The notes beneath the pieces were generated by a model, which worked only from the letters and a program-made list of their open reading frames with translations, had not been told where the DNA came from and ran no database searches. This document shows positions 18,901-27,708 of a DNA stretch of 42,164 nucleotides, piece by piece (within the stretch, counting starts at the first letter, position 1; each line of letters opens with the position of its first letter). The position numbers and the translations under genes were made by a program. The DNA comes from a virus. Where the stretch lies: the IMG/VR virus record IMGVR_UViG_3300045747_000694, positions 1 to 42,164 of that record; one strand, written 5' to 3'.

Positions 18901-21385
18901 GGCCTTCTCTGCCGCCGCCACCGCCGGCACCCTGTCCTACTCCGTGTGGGACATGCAGGCCGGGGCCGCCGTGGGTCCGGAGTGCTGTTCCGTCATGGCC
19001 AATGTCGGCATCGGCAAGGACAACACCCAGGACTTCACCGGCATCTACGCCGACTGGTTCGTCTCAAAGACTCTCCTCTCGGAGCAGGCGGAGGCGGTGA
19101 AGTTCTGCACGGACATCCTCCCGCCCGTGGGGTCCTCTGCCGTGCAGGCCTACCAGGAGAACTACCAGTACGACTACCGAGCGGCGATGGGCGCCCACCT
19201 CGCTCTTCCTGGATCTCCCATTGCGAACCACGTCATCGACGGTGGGGCGTCTCGCCCCCTCGATGGCGCCGGCGGTAGGGCGTGGATGGGGACCTACACC
19301 TCTTGGAGAGGGCCACAGGTCAGTATCGTCGTGGGGCAGCAGGTCTCCGTGGACCTCGGGCAGGACTTGGAGATCGGCTCCATCATCGTGCGAGGTTGTG
19401 CGCAGAACACGGGTGCCCCCAACACAGCGGGTGCGCTTGCGACTCCCGGTAACGGGTACGGGGGAATGATTGCGAGCATCCTCAGCGCTCCCAACTCTGG
19501 CGGTGCTCCTGCGGCATCCTCCACCGTTCGGTGCGCCGGCAGCAGCAACCTCTCCGGCACGCTCAACACGGCCACCATCACCACGACCGGCGACTTCATG
19601 GGAAGCGCCACGGGGGTGACCGCCAGCGATGGCGCGACGAACATCATCAGCATCGGGGCCAGCTCCTTCCAGTCGGCGGTCAGCAGGTTCTCCCAGACCA
19701 ATGTCGGGATGATCCTGAAGACCACCAGCGGGCCGGACGTGGGGCAGTACCGCATCCTGACCGTGAGCGGCGACGGCTCCACGGTGACTGTGAGGAACCT
19801 CGATCAGACCTCGAAGACCTGGAGCGGCACGGCCTCTGGCATCGCCTTCACGGTCTACGACGGCGTGCAGGACGAGGACCTCATCTGCATCCCCAGCCTC
19901 GGGACGCCTACCTACCGCCTGGTCGTCGAGCGCCTCTCGAACGACGCCAAGACGGCCTATCCGAGAGTCCAGCTGGGGACCACGATCGCGAGCCAGAGCT
20001 GGCAGTGCGTGAAGCCAAGCTGGAACCTTGTGAAGAGGATCTCCTCCACCGGGACCGTGCTTCCTCCAGAGGTCAGCAACAACGGCACCTTCTTCTCGAT
20101 GGATGGTGGGGAGAACTTCGGACACTTCAACCTTCCGACCGGTACCAGTCGGTCGCCTTCTCGATGGTGGAAGGCCGTCATCGACCTCTCCGATCTCTCC
20201 ACAGCAAAGCGGACGGCCCGGTGGTGGAAGTTCGCCGCGCTGGGTAGGGAGTTGAATCTTTGGCAGTACGGGGCTGAGTACTACCTCTCTTCCCTTGAGT
20301 TCTACGACACGAGCGGAAAGAGGATGTTCACCCACGACTACTGCCAGGCTGATACGGTCTTCGCGCAGCCGCAGATGATCAGCGTCTTCTACACGAGGGC
20401 GGACTTCCTCCTCGCGTCCAACGCCGCTGCCCCTCAGTACACCGGCTACAACGGAACCGCCATCCTCGGGGGGACGAGCGGCAACACGGTCACGCTGACG
20501 GGGAGCAACAAGTTCCTGGGCTACCAGCTCCGCCCGAAGGGAGCGCTGGGCACCATCCCGGGGAGCTCGAACGTCTTCAACGGCCACGCCAACGACCCGG
20601 CCTTCCTGACCACGACCGATGTCGGCAGGTTCTTGAAGATCAACACCGGCGTCAACGCTGGGGTCTACCGCATTGCCACCGTCCCCGGTGCGACCCAGGT
20701 CACTCTCGTCACCATCAACAGCGCTGCGGTGACCCTCACGGCGGATGCCGGTCCGGTGGAGTACTCGATCCACGAGGGCATCAACGTCGGAGGGGCGAAC
20801 CCCGACTTCCTCTACTTCACCACGGGGGGCAACTCGGCAGGGCGCAAGGAGCTCACCCTCGCCACCCTCTCTGATGACCTCACGACCGTTACTGTGGTCG
20901 AGAGCCAGTTCGGAAGTCTTTCGGGCCAGAGCTGGGAGATCCGCAGAAGGGCTCTCGAGGATCGCACGCAGACGCCCGGGACGAACAGCGGTGCCAGCGC
21001 GCGGCTCCTCTACGTCGAGGCCATGTACCCCTACCAGTCTGGGGACATCTGCCAGGACACCAAGGGCTACGTGAAGTTCTGGCCCGGTGACATCGGAGGT
21101 ACCAACAAGACGGCCGGAGTCGCCGTGGGTGGCACGGCCAACTTCCAGGCCGCCTCTTCCGGCACCTTCACCCAGGACGATGTGGGGCGGATCCTCCTCA
21201 TCACCTCTGGCGTCAACAAGGGGTCCTACCGCATCTCGGCATACAACAGCACCAGCGAGGTGGCCCTGGTGAACCACTTCACCGGCGCCGCAGTGTCACT
21301 CACCGGGGACGCCTCGGTGACCTACACGATCCTCGGCGAGAGGCGCTTCCGCTTCAGCCGCTACGTCACCTCCCTGAGGTCGTAG
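15962..21385 (+). CDS. Giant tail-fibre or host-interaction protein (1807 aa) with six copies of a ~55-aa repeat module
   Basis: Single uninterrupted ORF with high GC3. Repeats with consensus D(V/L)GR.(I/L).(I/L)..G...G.Y.I...V......VTL......A....G....Y.I lie at roughly aa 205-255, 513-571, 942-997, 1246-1300, 1551-1606 and 1739-1792. Confidence 0.75.
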   Translation: MSQVSALIRVDYQGLGGIRQSLQKANLAFKGALWDMTSLSWTWSTNGIAITPDCIPYPWKHHPALAAGASQMSVRHSFHSDGSTYGFGLAFGTLVGMRSGFDIGRMRFFNSTPHYSVQTDQCVAIGAITLVHDMRSNANTINNGAGSGQGNMFSSVDLDITQIGAPYLHPVYQGTIATTLGASYVPMAQASISAYYYYAHLVTCIRLETGADRGSYLVQSIDRANSRIYLKNMDGSKWVAQATNASVTFSQGYRVSFFNETGVIPNSTGQVAFDGKYDAGDHRGSYIYRIHFEKSGSPSPAAEAQRGSYWLSLRGFLNGNGVAGDLYHQDDGGFTQRISYHSPNTACGFFYNTSMLGMSNAISSGMVLERTNQRLWCVTVDGTQGNSSVGYWNYKSPESFREVCSAAGAPNDPLPVPFTPPASSYARAPAIGSDGTVYVAFSKVADQTGAGWLAIKPDLSRTFVTAAAMAVPTSGDLQPCVVDTTKARTGTTAAASTTSAGHILCAGAGFASADLGRCIKLTGNTFDNGTYLIGTINGATDITVTNLNGSAVSFTGGSGGTFQIGDRIYLFSGGEATWNAGKMSWTDSLSFGTRFTKTVTMTAGAQAYSYPYLGGAPPACVDPLTGRIFWLSADGVKHLNMYDPAAQTVTQRPLSDLAVQVSGSNANPTAPTVMWTVAVNTNTYFRELWVGTDKGHYRFDPDNLSAQFSRFYGTSNGTYAEADGNLQLDGGVTEWAANVAQNIGATQYGFMPDGQVFGILPSWGLSSASYFPMLVKFNREAHNWLSAATIGGNESQAQCLQSTYAFWYTNTVSFFFDPFGALVFYQPNMKAETAKGAIRLVHPSAIHYQWTGSAWTPREVVRGGLPDSVSSPGCLCKPMHTTLDDLVLGVKVKFTSSGAVGGENGEFLGRFGQKGLSRTDGATVIGTNGFVGSGFSALSFTSPDVGRYYVRIESGADQGTYKILTYTNDTSITLQKFNGTAFSAAATAGTLSYSVWDMQAGAAVGPECCSVMANVGIGKDNTQDFTGIYADWFVSKTLLSEQAEAVKFCTDILPPVGSSAVQAYQENYQYDYRAAMGAHLALPGSPIANHVIDGGASRPLDGAGGRAWMGTYTSWRGPQVSIVVGQQVSVDLGQDLEIGSIIVRGCAQNTGAPNTAGALATPGNGYGGMIASILSAPNSGGAPAASSTVRCAGSSNLSGTLNTATITTTGDFMGSATGVTASDGATNIISIGASSFQSAVSRFSQTNVGMILKTTSGPDVGQYRILTVSGDGSTVTVRNLDQTSKTWSGTASGIAFTVYDGVQDEDLICIPSLGTPTYRLVVERLSNDAKTAYPRVQLGTTIASQSWQCVKPSWNLVKRISSTGTVLPPEVSNNGTFFSMDGGENFGHFNLPTGTSRSPSRWWKAVIDLSDLSTAKRTARWWKFAALGRELNLWQYGAEYYLSSLEFYDTSGKRMFTHDYCQADTVFAQPQMISVFYTRADFLLASNAAAPQYTGYNGTAILGGTSGNTVTLTGSNKFLGYQLRPKGALGTIPGSSNVFNGHANDPAFLTTTDVGRFLKINTGVNAGVYRIATVPGATQVTLVTINSAAVTLTADAGPVEYSIHEGINVGGANPDFLYFTTGGNSAGRKELTLATLSDDLTTVTVVESQFGSLSGQSWEIRRRALEDRTQTPGTNSGASARLLYVEAMYPYQSGDICQDTKGYVKFWPGDIGGTNKTAGVAVGGTANFQAASSGTFTQDDVGRILLITSGVNKGSYRISAYNSTSEVALVNHFTGAAVSLTGDASVTYTILGERRFRFSRYVTSLRS

Positions 21386-23217
21386 TGGCCGTCTCAGTCA
21401 TCGCACAGACGACGAACGAGGGGAGCGTGCGCTCTGTCTCCTCGTTCGTCCGAGGTGGGGTGGCTTACCTTGCATGGGCGGTGCAGGGGTTCGGCACCGA
21501 CTGGCAGCTCCAGTGGAAGAGCTACTCCGGCGCCTACTTCACCGAGGTCGTCGCAGACACCTTCGCAGCCTTTCGTAACATGGCGACGATCCTGTCTCCG
21601 GTCGGGGACATCTTGACTGTGGTGTATGCCGACGCCGCCGAGTCGTCTCTCTACTGCCTTCGCTTTCGCCCAACGACGGGCGCGAGGGTATCTGGTCCGA
21701 CGAGGATCGGTCCCGGGAGTCGTCCCTCTCTCGTCTTCCGCGGCAACCTCGAGGGGGACCGCGTAGAGGTCGTCTACGCGCACTCCGCCAGAGAGGGAGT
21801 GTTTGTTCGGGAGAGCTTGGATGGCGGGGCTTCGTGGTCCGGGGAGCGCCCCGTCCTCAGCAACTACGTGAGAGGGTCCTCTGCGGTAGCCGCTGCTCCT
21901 CTCGACGATGGCCACATGTCTCTCTTCCAGATCGGGGTCGATGCGCGGCCGCTCGTGGAGTTGGGGAGCTACTCGAGGACGAGGCCACTCAGCAACATCG
22001 TGAAGCACCCCACACTGGCTGACCGCTTCTTCGTCTCCGAGCCTACCTGGTACGACTCCACCTACTTCACGGACCACACCAAGGGAGGTCTTCGAGTCAC
22101 CAGGGACGGCACCCAGCTGGTGTGGTCGGATGGCGTTCGGCTCGGCGCCGATGATGGGGTGAACGAGGTCGCCCTGCTCGACACCTCCGGGCTGGCCCCC
22201 TCTCTCGTGTCCTCCGTGCACAACAGCAGCGTCGACGGCAGCCTGGGAGACAACCTCGCCTTCTTCACGATCTCCCCCTTCGCGGCCGTTGGTGCCGTGG
22301 ACCTCTTCGGTGCGAGCTCTGTCCCCCTCGTCACCGGCTTCAATCTCTCGAACGACTACATCTACGTGGCGGGGTCGAAGGAAGTAGCTCCCCGTACGAG
22401 CGGTGGCGGCATCGACGTCGTTCGCATCTCTGACTTGGTTACCGCCAGGGTCGTCGGCTCGAGCTCCACCATCTTCGGGCACGCGGTTGGTGTTGGCGTT
22501 CCCCCAAGCGGTGCAGCCATCATCGCGGTGGCCACGCAGGAGAGCGGACAGGAGATGGTGCGGCTCTACCAGGAGAACGGGCTTACCCCGACTCTCCTCA
22601 TCTCCCACAAGATGCCAGCCTACGTGAACAAGGTCATGCTGATGCTGGACACGGCGTCGGTGGGCGACCTCTTCGTGTCGATGGTCGACAGGTTCAACAT
22701 CTACCATATCGAAGGGATGACCTCGGCCATGCGCCTCGTGGCCACCGTCCCCCTTCTCAGCAAGGGGTCCGTCTTCCAGGCAGTGCCTGCCGCGAACGGG
22801 AACATCGTTTGCGCGCTAGGGATGGGAGGTGTCGCCGTCTTCTCTCCGAACGGAGGGATCGTGGCGCAGTCGGTGGCCTCTGGGATCAGCCCCAAGACCT
22901 GGCGGGGCGGCACCACCTACGCGCTGAACGACCTGGTCGTGCCTACTGAGAAGAGCGTCTACGCTCCCTTCAGGAGGTACTTCATCTGCTCGACGGCAGG
23001 CACGACAGGACAGGGCGAGCCAGCGTGGTGCCCAGCGGCCTACGGCACCGTCGTGGACGGCACGGCGAGGTGGACAGAGGTGGGTCCTATCGACGCTGTT
23101 GTCACAGGTGTCGCACTCGACCAGACTAGGAAGCGCATCTACGCAGTGGGCAACGTGGGCGGCTTCCTCGGCAACACTGGTCGTGTGTACTCCTTCGACG
23201 CAACAGGGCTCATCTGA
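21385..23217 (+). CDS. Tail protein with BNR/Asp-box motif and beta-propeller-like repeats (610 aa)
   Basis: GTG overlaps the upstream TAG by 1 nt. One canonical Asp-box, SLDGGASWSG. Recurrent G..V...G.G.V..FSPNG strand-turn segments suggest a propeller. Confidence 0.6.
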   Translation: MAVSVIAQTTNEGSVRSVSSFVRGGVAYLAWAVQGFGTDWQLQWKSYSGAYFTEVVADTFAAFRNMATILSPVGDILTVVYADAAESSLYCLRFRPTTGARVSGPTRIGPGSRPSLVFRGNLEGDRVEVVYAHSAREGVFVRESLDGGASWSGERPVLSNYVRGSSAVAAAPLDDGHMSLFQIGVDARPLVELGSYSRTRPLSNIVKHPTLADRFFVSEPTWYDSTYFTDHTKGGLRVTRDGTQLVWSDGVRLGADDGVNEVALLDTSGLAPSLVSSVHNSSVDGSLGDNLAFFTISPFAAVGAVDLFGASSVPLVTGFNLSNDYIYVAGSKEVAPRTSGGGIDVVRISDLVTARVVGSSSTIFGHAVGVGVPPSGAAIIAVATQESGQEMVRLYQENGLTPTLLISHKMPAYVNKVMLMLDTASVGDLFVSMVDRFNIYHIEGMTSAMRLVATVPLLSKGSVFQAVPAANGNIVCALGMGGVAVFSPNGGIVAQSVASGISPKTWRGGTTYALNDLVVPTEKSVYAPFRRYFICSTAGTTGQGEPAWCPAAYGTVVDGTARWTEVGPIDAVVTGVALDQTRKRIYAVGNVGGFLGNTGRVYSFDATGLI

Positions 23218-24713
23218 TGGCTGACGGCTTCATCACTCTGGTTTCCATTCAGCCCTCTGGCTCGACCCAGGCGGAGACCTTCACCGAGGCCGGCGGCAGC
23301 ACGATGAAGCAGGGCCTCTTCGCGCATCGTCGGCAGAACCAGACCGGAGCCCCAACACTCTCTCCCGGTGCCCCTCTCTTGCCGGGCAGGCTGCTCGCGC
23401 TGACTGCGGGGTCGCTGGCCATCTCGTCGGCATGGAGCACTGTGGCGGGGGCTGTCTCCTTCAACCTCTACTGGTCGACGACTCCGGGCGTCACGCTCTC
23501 GAGCAACAAGATCACAGGCGTCAGCTCTCCCTACGCACACACCGGCCGCACCGCTGGGCAGAGGGTCTACTACGCGCAAACGGTCGTGACGGAGGCAGGG
23601 GAAGGACCGCTCGGCGCAGAGGTGTCGGAAGTGGCGCAGGCTCTTCCCCCAAGCGAGACCGTGGCGATGCTCTCGCCAGTCATCGACTACCCTCTCCGTG
23701 GGTTCCCGCACAGCACGGTCTCCCTCTCCCTGGCCTTCTACGGGGTCGACCCCCGAGCCACCTCCTACAACGTCTACTGGAGCCTGACGCCTGGAGTGAC
23801 CTCCGGCTCCACCAAGGTCGCGGGGATCAGTGGCTCTCCGTTCGTACATGAGGGCCTTCTGGCCGAGACCCCGTACTACTACCGGGTCTCCTGCACGGGA
23901 CCTTCTGGTGAGAGCGGCCTGTCTCCTGAGATGAACGGCACCACTGGCCGCCCCTTCGACGTTGTGGATGCCAACACCTACTTGATGTGGCTGAATGAGT
24001 CGTCTGCCGGAAGCGTACTCACGGACACGGTCCGCAGCTGGACCATTGCGCTGTCTGGTGGGTCCCTGCGAGCGAACTCCGGTATGTCAGGCCGTCTGAG
24101 GGCTGGGAACTCGCTACAGACCTTCGCAGGCAACTACTACCACGCGGTCTCGAACCTCGGCGCCACGAACTCTGGCCTGCTGAACGCCGTCTTCGCGGGG
24201 GAGTTCACCTTCGACCTCTGGCTGGCTGCGGGCAACTACCCGGGCTACCCCGGCATCGTCAACTGGACTCCGACAGGGACTCCGGTCGTCGGCTATGGTG
24301 ATGCCACTGTTCTCGCCAACAAGTGGTTCTACATCGGGTTCAACCGAGACGATCTCGCCAACCTCAAGCTCTACTACCAGTGGCGCGACTCGACAGGCGC
24401 CACCATCACCGGCTACTTCGCCGACCACTTCAATGCCGACTCCCTAGAGAACGGCGGCTTCCACCTCTACACTGTGCGACGCAAGAGTATGGGGGCGGGG
24501 AAGTACCAGACGGACTGTTTCGTCGATGGAGCCCTCAGCTCCTCCTCTGGCCTGGAGAACGCCATCAACGGGAACTCCACCAACTGCGTCTTCGACATGG
24601 GCGGCTACACGCCGCAGGGCTACATCTTCTTCACGGGCATGTACGACATCATCCGCATCAGCAACCGGGCGCGCTCCGATGGCGAGATCGCCGACTACTT
24701 CATCGCTGGATAG
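23217..24713 (+). CDS. Tail fibre protein: two fibronectin type III domains plus C-terminal LamG domain (498 aa)
   Basis: Tandem FN3-like segments (AVSFNLYWSTTPGVTLSSNKITGVSSPYAHTG...YYAQTV and ATSYNVYWSLTPGVTSGSTKVAGISGSPFVHEG...YYYRVS). C-terminal Laminin_G_3-like region ending GMYDIIRISNRARSDGEIADYF. ATG overlaps the upstream TGA. Confidence 0.7.
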   Translation: MADGFITLVSIQPSGSTQAETFTEAGGSTMKQGLFAHRRQNQTGAPTLSPGAPLLPGRLLALTAGSLAISSAWSTVAGAVSFNLYWSTTPGVTLSSNKITGVSSPYAHTGRTAGQRVYYAQTVVTEAGEGPLGAEVSEVAQALPPSETVAMLSPVIDYPLRGFPHSTVSLSLAFYGVDPRATSYNVYWSLTPGVTSGSTKVAGISGSPFVHEGLLAETPYYYRVSCTGPSGESGLSPEMNGTTGRPFDVVDANTYLMWLNESSAGSVLTDTVRSWTIALSGGSLRANSGMSGRLRAGNSLQTFAGNYYHAVSNLGATNSGLLNAVFAGEFTFDLWLAAGNYPGYPGIVNWTPTGTPVVGYGDATVLANKWFYIGFNRDDLANLKLYYQWRDSTGATITGYFADHFNADSLENGGFHLYTVRRKSMGAGKYQTDCFVDGALSSSSGLENAINGNSTNCVFDMGGYTPQGYIFFTGMYDIIRISNRARSDGEIADYFIAG

Positions 24714-24725
24714 AGGGGACTCACC

Positions 24726-25664
24726 ATGATCGCCTTCCCGTACACCGCCCGCTACTTCATCCGGTTCCGCCACTCGGACACGGGGCTCACTCCGTCCTTC
24801 AGCTACTACAAGCGGTCGGACACCCTCGTCGGCGTGACGCCCCCTACCGTCTACGAGGTGGGCAACGGGTCGTACTACTTCGACCACACCTTCGCGGCCT
24901 CGACCTCCCCGGACATCGTCTTCGAGGCGGACGGTGGCGCGTCGATCCCCACCGAGGAGGTTCGGTACGTCTCCGACACCCTCTCGGTGAAGGACTTCTT
25001 CCTGGACGAGCCGGTGTCCCAGGTCGTGACTGACGTCTGGGCCAACAGCGCGGTCTACGGTGCCGGCACGAAGGGGAAGCGCCTCGACGACGTCGGCGTG
25101 TCGGGCGACGCCTACAACGCGGGCACCCTCTTCGGCGCCATCATCAACGCCATCGAGATGATCCGCGGGGACGGACACGGCAACACGGCGGGCAACAGCG
25201 TGAAGCAGGCCTACGACCGCATCGGTGCTCCGATCGGCGTGACCATCTCGGCCGACCTCCAGACCATCAACTCGCACATCACCTCGTCGACAGGCGACAC
25301 GGGCACGGCCATCACCGCCGCCGTCGTCAGCATCAAGGGCGCCAACGACCGGGACATCACCCAGGTCTACAACTTCGCCAGCCACTTCGACGGGCAGATC
25401 GACGTCGTGCAGGCAATGGTCGAGAGGTGCCTCGGGATGCTCCACGAGAACGCCGTTCTCGACAAGTGCATCTACGACGGGACCACCAACAACCTGCGCT
25501 CGGCCCGGCTCCGCATGTACGACAGCTCGGCTCACGCCCAGGCGGCCAAGGCGCTGGGGGACGGGACCACCTACACCACGGGCATGCTCGGCCAGCACTC
25601 CATCGTCGCCGAGTACCTGGGCGGCAACATGTCGAACTACATGGTGGTGCGCGAGATCCCGTAA
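24726..25664 (+). CDS. Hypothetical tail/baseplate protein (312 aa)
   Basis: RBS GAGGGGACTCACC then ATG. High GC3. Confidence 0.55.
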   Translation: MIAFPYTARYFIRFRHSDTGLTPSFSYYKRSDTLVGVTPPTVYEVGNGSYYFDHTFAASTSPDIVFEADGGASIPTEEVRYVSDTLSVKDFFLDEPVSQVVTDVWANSAVYGAGTKGKRLDDVGVSGDAYNAGTLFGAIINAIEMIRGDGHGNTAGNSVKQAYDRIGAPIGVTISADLQTINSHITSSTGDTGTAITAAVVSIKGANDRDITQVYNFASHFDGQIDVVQAMVERCLGMLHENAVLDKCIYDGTTNNLRSARLRMYDSSAHAQAAKALGDGTTYTTGMLGQHSIVAEYLGGNMSNYMVVREIP

Positions 25665-25673
25665 GGAGCTGCG

Positions 25674-26585
25674 ATGCTGGAAGTCACCAAGTTCTGGACT
25701 CGGTCCTTCGACCTCGACAGGGTCGATCTCTTCTGGGAGATCGCCAACGTCCCTGGCCCGCGCTCGGATGCGGACCAGCACGAGGTCTTGGCGCACGAGG
25801 TCTTCGTTCTTCGGGCCGGGGACAGCCCAATGGGTCCGTACGAGCAGATCGGCGGACCGCTTGTGGATCAGTACCTCTTCCGCGATGTGAAGGTGAACCT
25901 CCTTCACAAGTGGAGGCAGTACTTCTACAAGCTGCGGGTCGTGGATCGCCGGACGGGGGAGGCCAAGGAGTTCGGCCCCACCTCGTCCGGCGAGGATGCG
26001 CCCGACCTCATCGCCTCCGAGATCCAGCGCCAGGAAGACGTTCTCTTCAGGGAGTTCGTGGGGAAGAAGGGCTACCTCTTCATCGCCCGGACCTTCGGCC
26101 CAAGGTGCTCCTGCTTCGACGCCACCCTGGGGCGCATCACCAGGTCGAACCACCGTCCCTGCTACGGCACGGGCTGGCTCGGCGGCTACATGCAGCCCAT
26201 CGAGATCTACGCCCAGCTCGACCCCAACCCCAAGAACGTCAACCACAGCTCGCTTCCTCCCCAGCAGCCGAGCGACACCACCGGAAGGATGATCTCCTTC
26301 CCACCTGTGTCCCCCAAGGACATACTGGTCGAGGCAGACAACAGGCGTTGGAGGGTCATCAGCGTTCGCAACACACAGAGGCTCCGCTCCGTGGTGAGGC
26401 AGGACATCCAGCTGCACGAGATCCCCAGAGGGGACATCGAGTACGACCTCCCTGTGAGTGTGGATGAGAGAGCGATGGAGGCCGTCGCCGGCCGCAACTA
26501 CACGAACCCCCAGAACGTCGAGAGCAGCAAGAGCTACACCGACATCCTCGCCGCCTACGGACACCCCAGTGGAACTCTCAGGTAG
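25674..26585 (+). CDS. Hypothetical tail/baseplate protein (303 aa) with FN3-like N-terminal region and Cys cluster
   Basis: RBS GTAAGGAGCTGCG then ATG. N-terminal DLFWE...YFYKLRVVD strand pattern. Central CSCFD...GRITRSNHRPCYGTGW possible Zn site. Confidence 0.55.
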   Translation: MLEVTKFWTRSFDLDRVDLFWEIANVPGPRSDADQHEVLAHEVFVLRAGDSPMGPYEQIGGPLVDQYLFRDVKVNLLHKWRQYFYKLRVVDRRTGEAKEFGPTSSGEDAPDLIASEIQRQEDVLFREFVGKKGYLFIARTFGPRCSCFDATLGRITRSNHRPCYGTGWLGGYMQPIEIYAQLDPNPKNVNHSSLPPQQPSDTTGRMISFPPVSPKDILVEADNRRWRVISVRNTQRLRSVVRQDIQLHEIPRGDIEYDLPVSVDERAMEAVAGRNYTNPQNVESSKSYTDILAAYGHPSGTLR

Positions 26586-26910
26586 CCTCCACCCCATCAC
26601 CAAGCTCGCCTTCATCGACGAGCTCGAGAAGATCTCGCGAGAGGTCTCTCCGCAGGGTCAGGCGAACCGGGACAAGGCCAAGAAGTTCCTGAAGAGCACC
26701 GCCATCATCACGGCAGGCTCTGCCGCCGGGGTGGGGACCTTCATGGTCGGGGACATGCTCGCGAAGAAGCTCTTCGGCGCCGGATGGAACAGCATGCCGA
26801 AGGACGTTCGGCACATGATCCTCACGGCGGCAGGGGGTGCGGCCGCAGTAGGCTCTGCCCACTACGTGAAGCGTCTCGCTGAAGAGCGAGAGAAGTACAT
26901 GAAGGCATGA
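26569..26910 (+). CDS. Small two-TM Gly-zipper protein (113 aa) with N-terminal AFxDELxKI motif; GTG start overlaps upstream gene
   Basis: No ATG is available. GTG at 26569 gives MELSGSLHPITKLAFIDELEKIS, then STAIITAGSAAGVGTFMVGDML (TM1) and MILTAAGGAAAVGSAHYV (TM2). This matches the 12202 paralog's architecture. 17-nt overlap with the upstream gene. Confidence 0.5.
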   Translation: MELSGSLHPITKLAFIDELEKISREVSPQGQANRDKAKKFLKSTAIITAGSAAGVGTFMVGDMLAKKLFGAGWNSMPKDVRHMILTAAGGAAAVGSAHYVKRLAEEREKYMKA

Positions 26911-27683
26911 GCGTCCGAGTCCCAGCCGGCCCGCCACAGCCACAGGGCGTCAGTGAGGATCCCCTCACGCAGTACACTCGCGTCTTCACCAAGTTCCTCC
27001 AGCTCGTCTTCGCGAGCTTCACGAAGGGGAACTACAAGTGGTCGGCCGACTACGAGACCACGGACATCATCATCCAAGGCGAAGGCACGATGGCCTTGGA
27101 TGTGGTCGAGAAGAGGCCAGCCATCGTCGTCTCACGGGGCCCAGTCGCCTTCACGAACATCGCTCTCGACCAGTTCGCTGGTCCTCTGCTCGACGTGAAG
27201 ACTGGGCGCATCACCCTCAACTACGACCCCGCCACGAGCGCACGCAGGCACACCGACCTCCTCTCTTCGGTGATGACCTTCAACTGCCTCGCGGCCGAGG
27301 GGCTCGAGGCGCAGAGGCTCGCCTGGATCGCGGCCTACGCCGTGAGGACCTTGAAGCGGTCGCTCATGCAGGTCGGGATGCACCGTGTGGGCGAAGACAT
27401 CCAGGTTGGAGGCGAGAGCGCACCTGGTGCCATCGTCCAGCCAGACACCACGGAGATCATCCTCGTCTCCGTCTCGGTCCCGTTCTTCTTCCAGCAGACG
27501 TGGACCGTGCAGCCAGAAGACAAAACGCTTCTCAATCAGGTGTCCATCGCTCTAAGGTCCGAGGTAGGCCTCCCGGAGACTGTGCAGCCGGTCATCCGCG
27601 GGCCAGGGATGAATGGGCAGCTCCTGAGAGACACGCAGTCTGTCCGCATTGACGAGATCCCAGGCCCCGTCACAGGGCCGTAA
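26907..27683 (+). CDS. Hypothetical tail protein (258 aa), possibly sheath-associated
   Basis: ATGA overlap with the upstream gene. Immediately upstream of the sheath gene. Confidence 0.5.
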   Translation: MSVRVPAGPPQPQGVSEDPLTQYTRVFTKFLQLVFASFTKGNYKWSADYETTDIIIQGEGTMALDVVEKRPAIVVSRGPVAFTNIALDQFAGPLLDVKTGRITLNYDPATSARRHTDLLSSVMTFNCLAAEGLEAQRLAWIAAYAVRTLKRSLMQVGMHRVGEDIQVGGESAPGAIVQPDTTEIILVSVSVPFFFQQTWTVQPEDKTLLNQVSIALRSEVGLPETVQPVIRGPGMNGQLLRDTQSVRIDEIPGPVTGP

Positions 27684-27708
27684 GTGAAGAAGGAAGAAGG
27701 AGCCTGAC

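Noticed and set aside
19064-21277. 737-aa antisense ORF inside the 1807-aa fibre gene, and similar antisense ORFs at 16619..18601, 13493..15220, 24444..26615, 28615..30897 and 27873..31079 (+, off-frame)
   Set aside because: All lie antisense or off-frame to strongly supported structural genes. They are RPG-rich and lack starts with RBS. High-GC frame artefacts.
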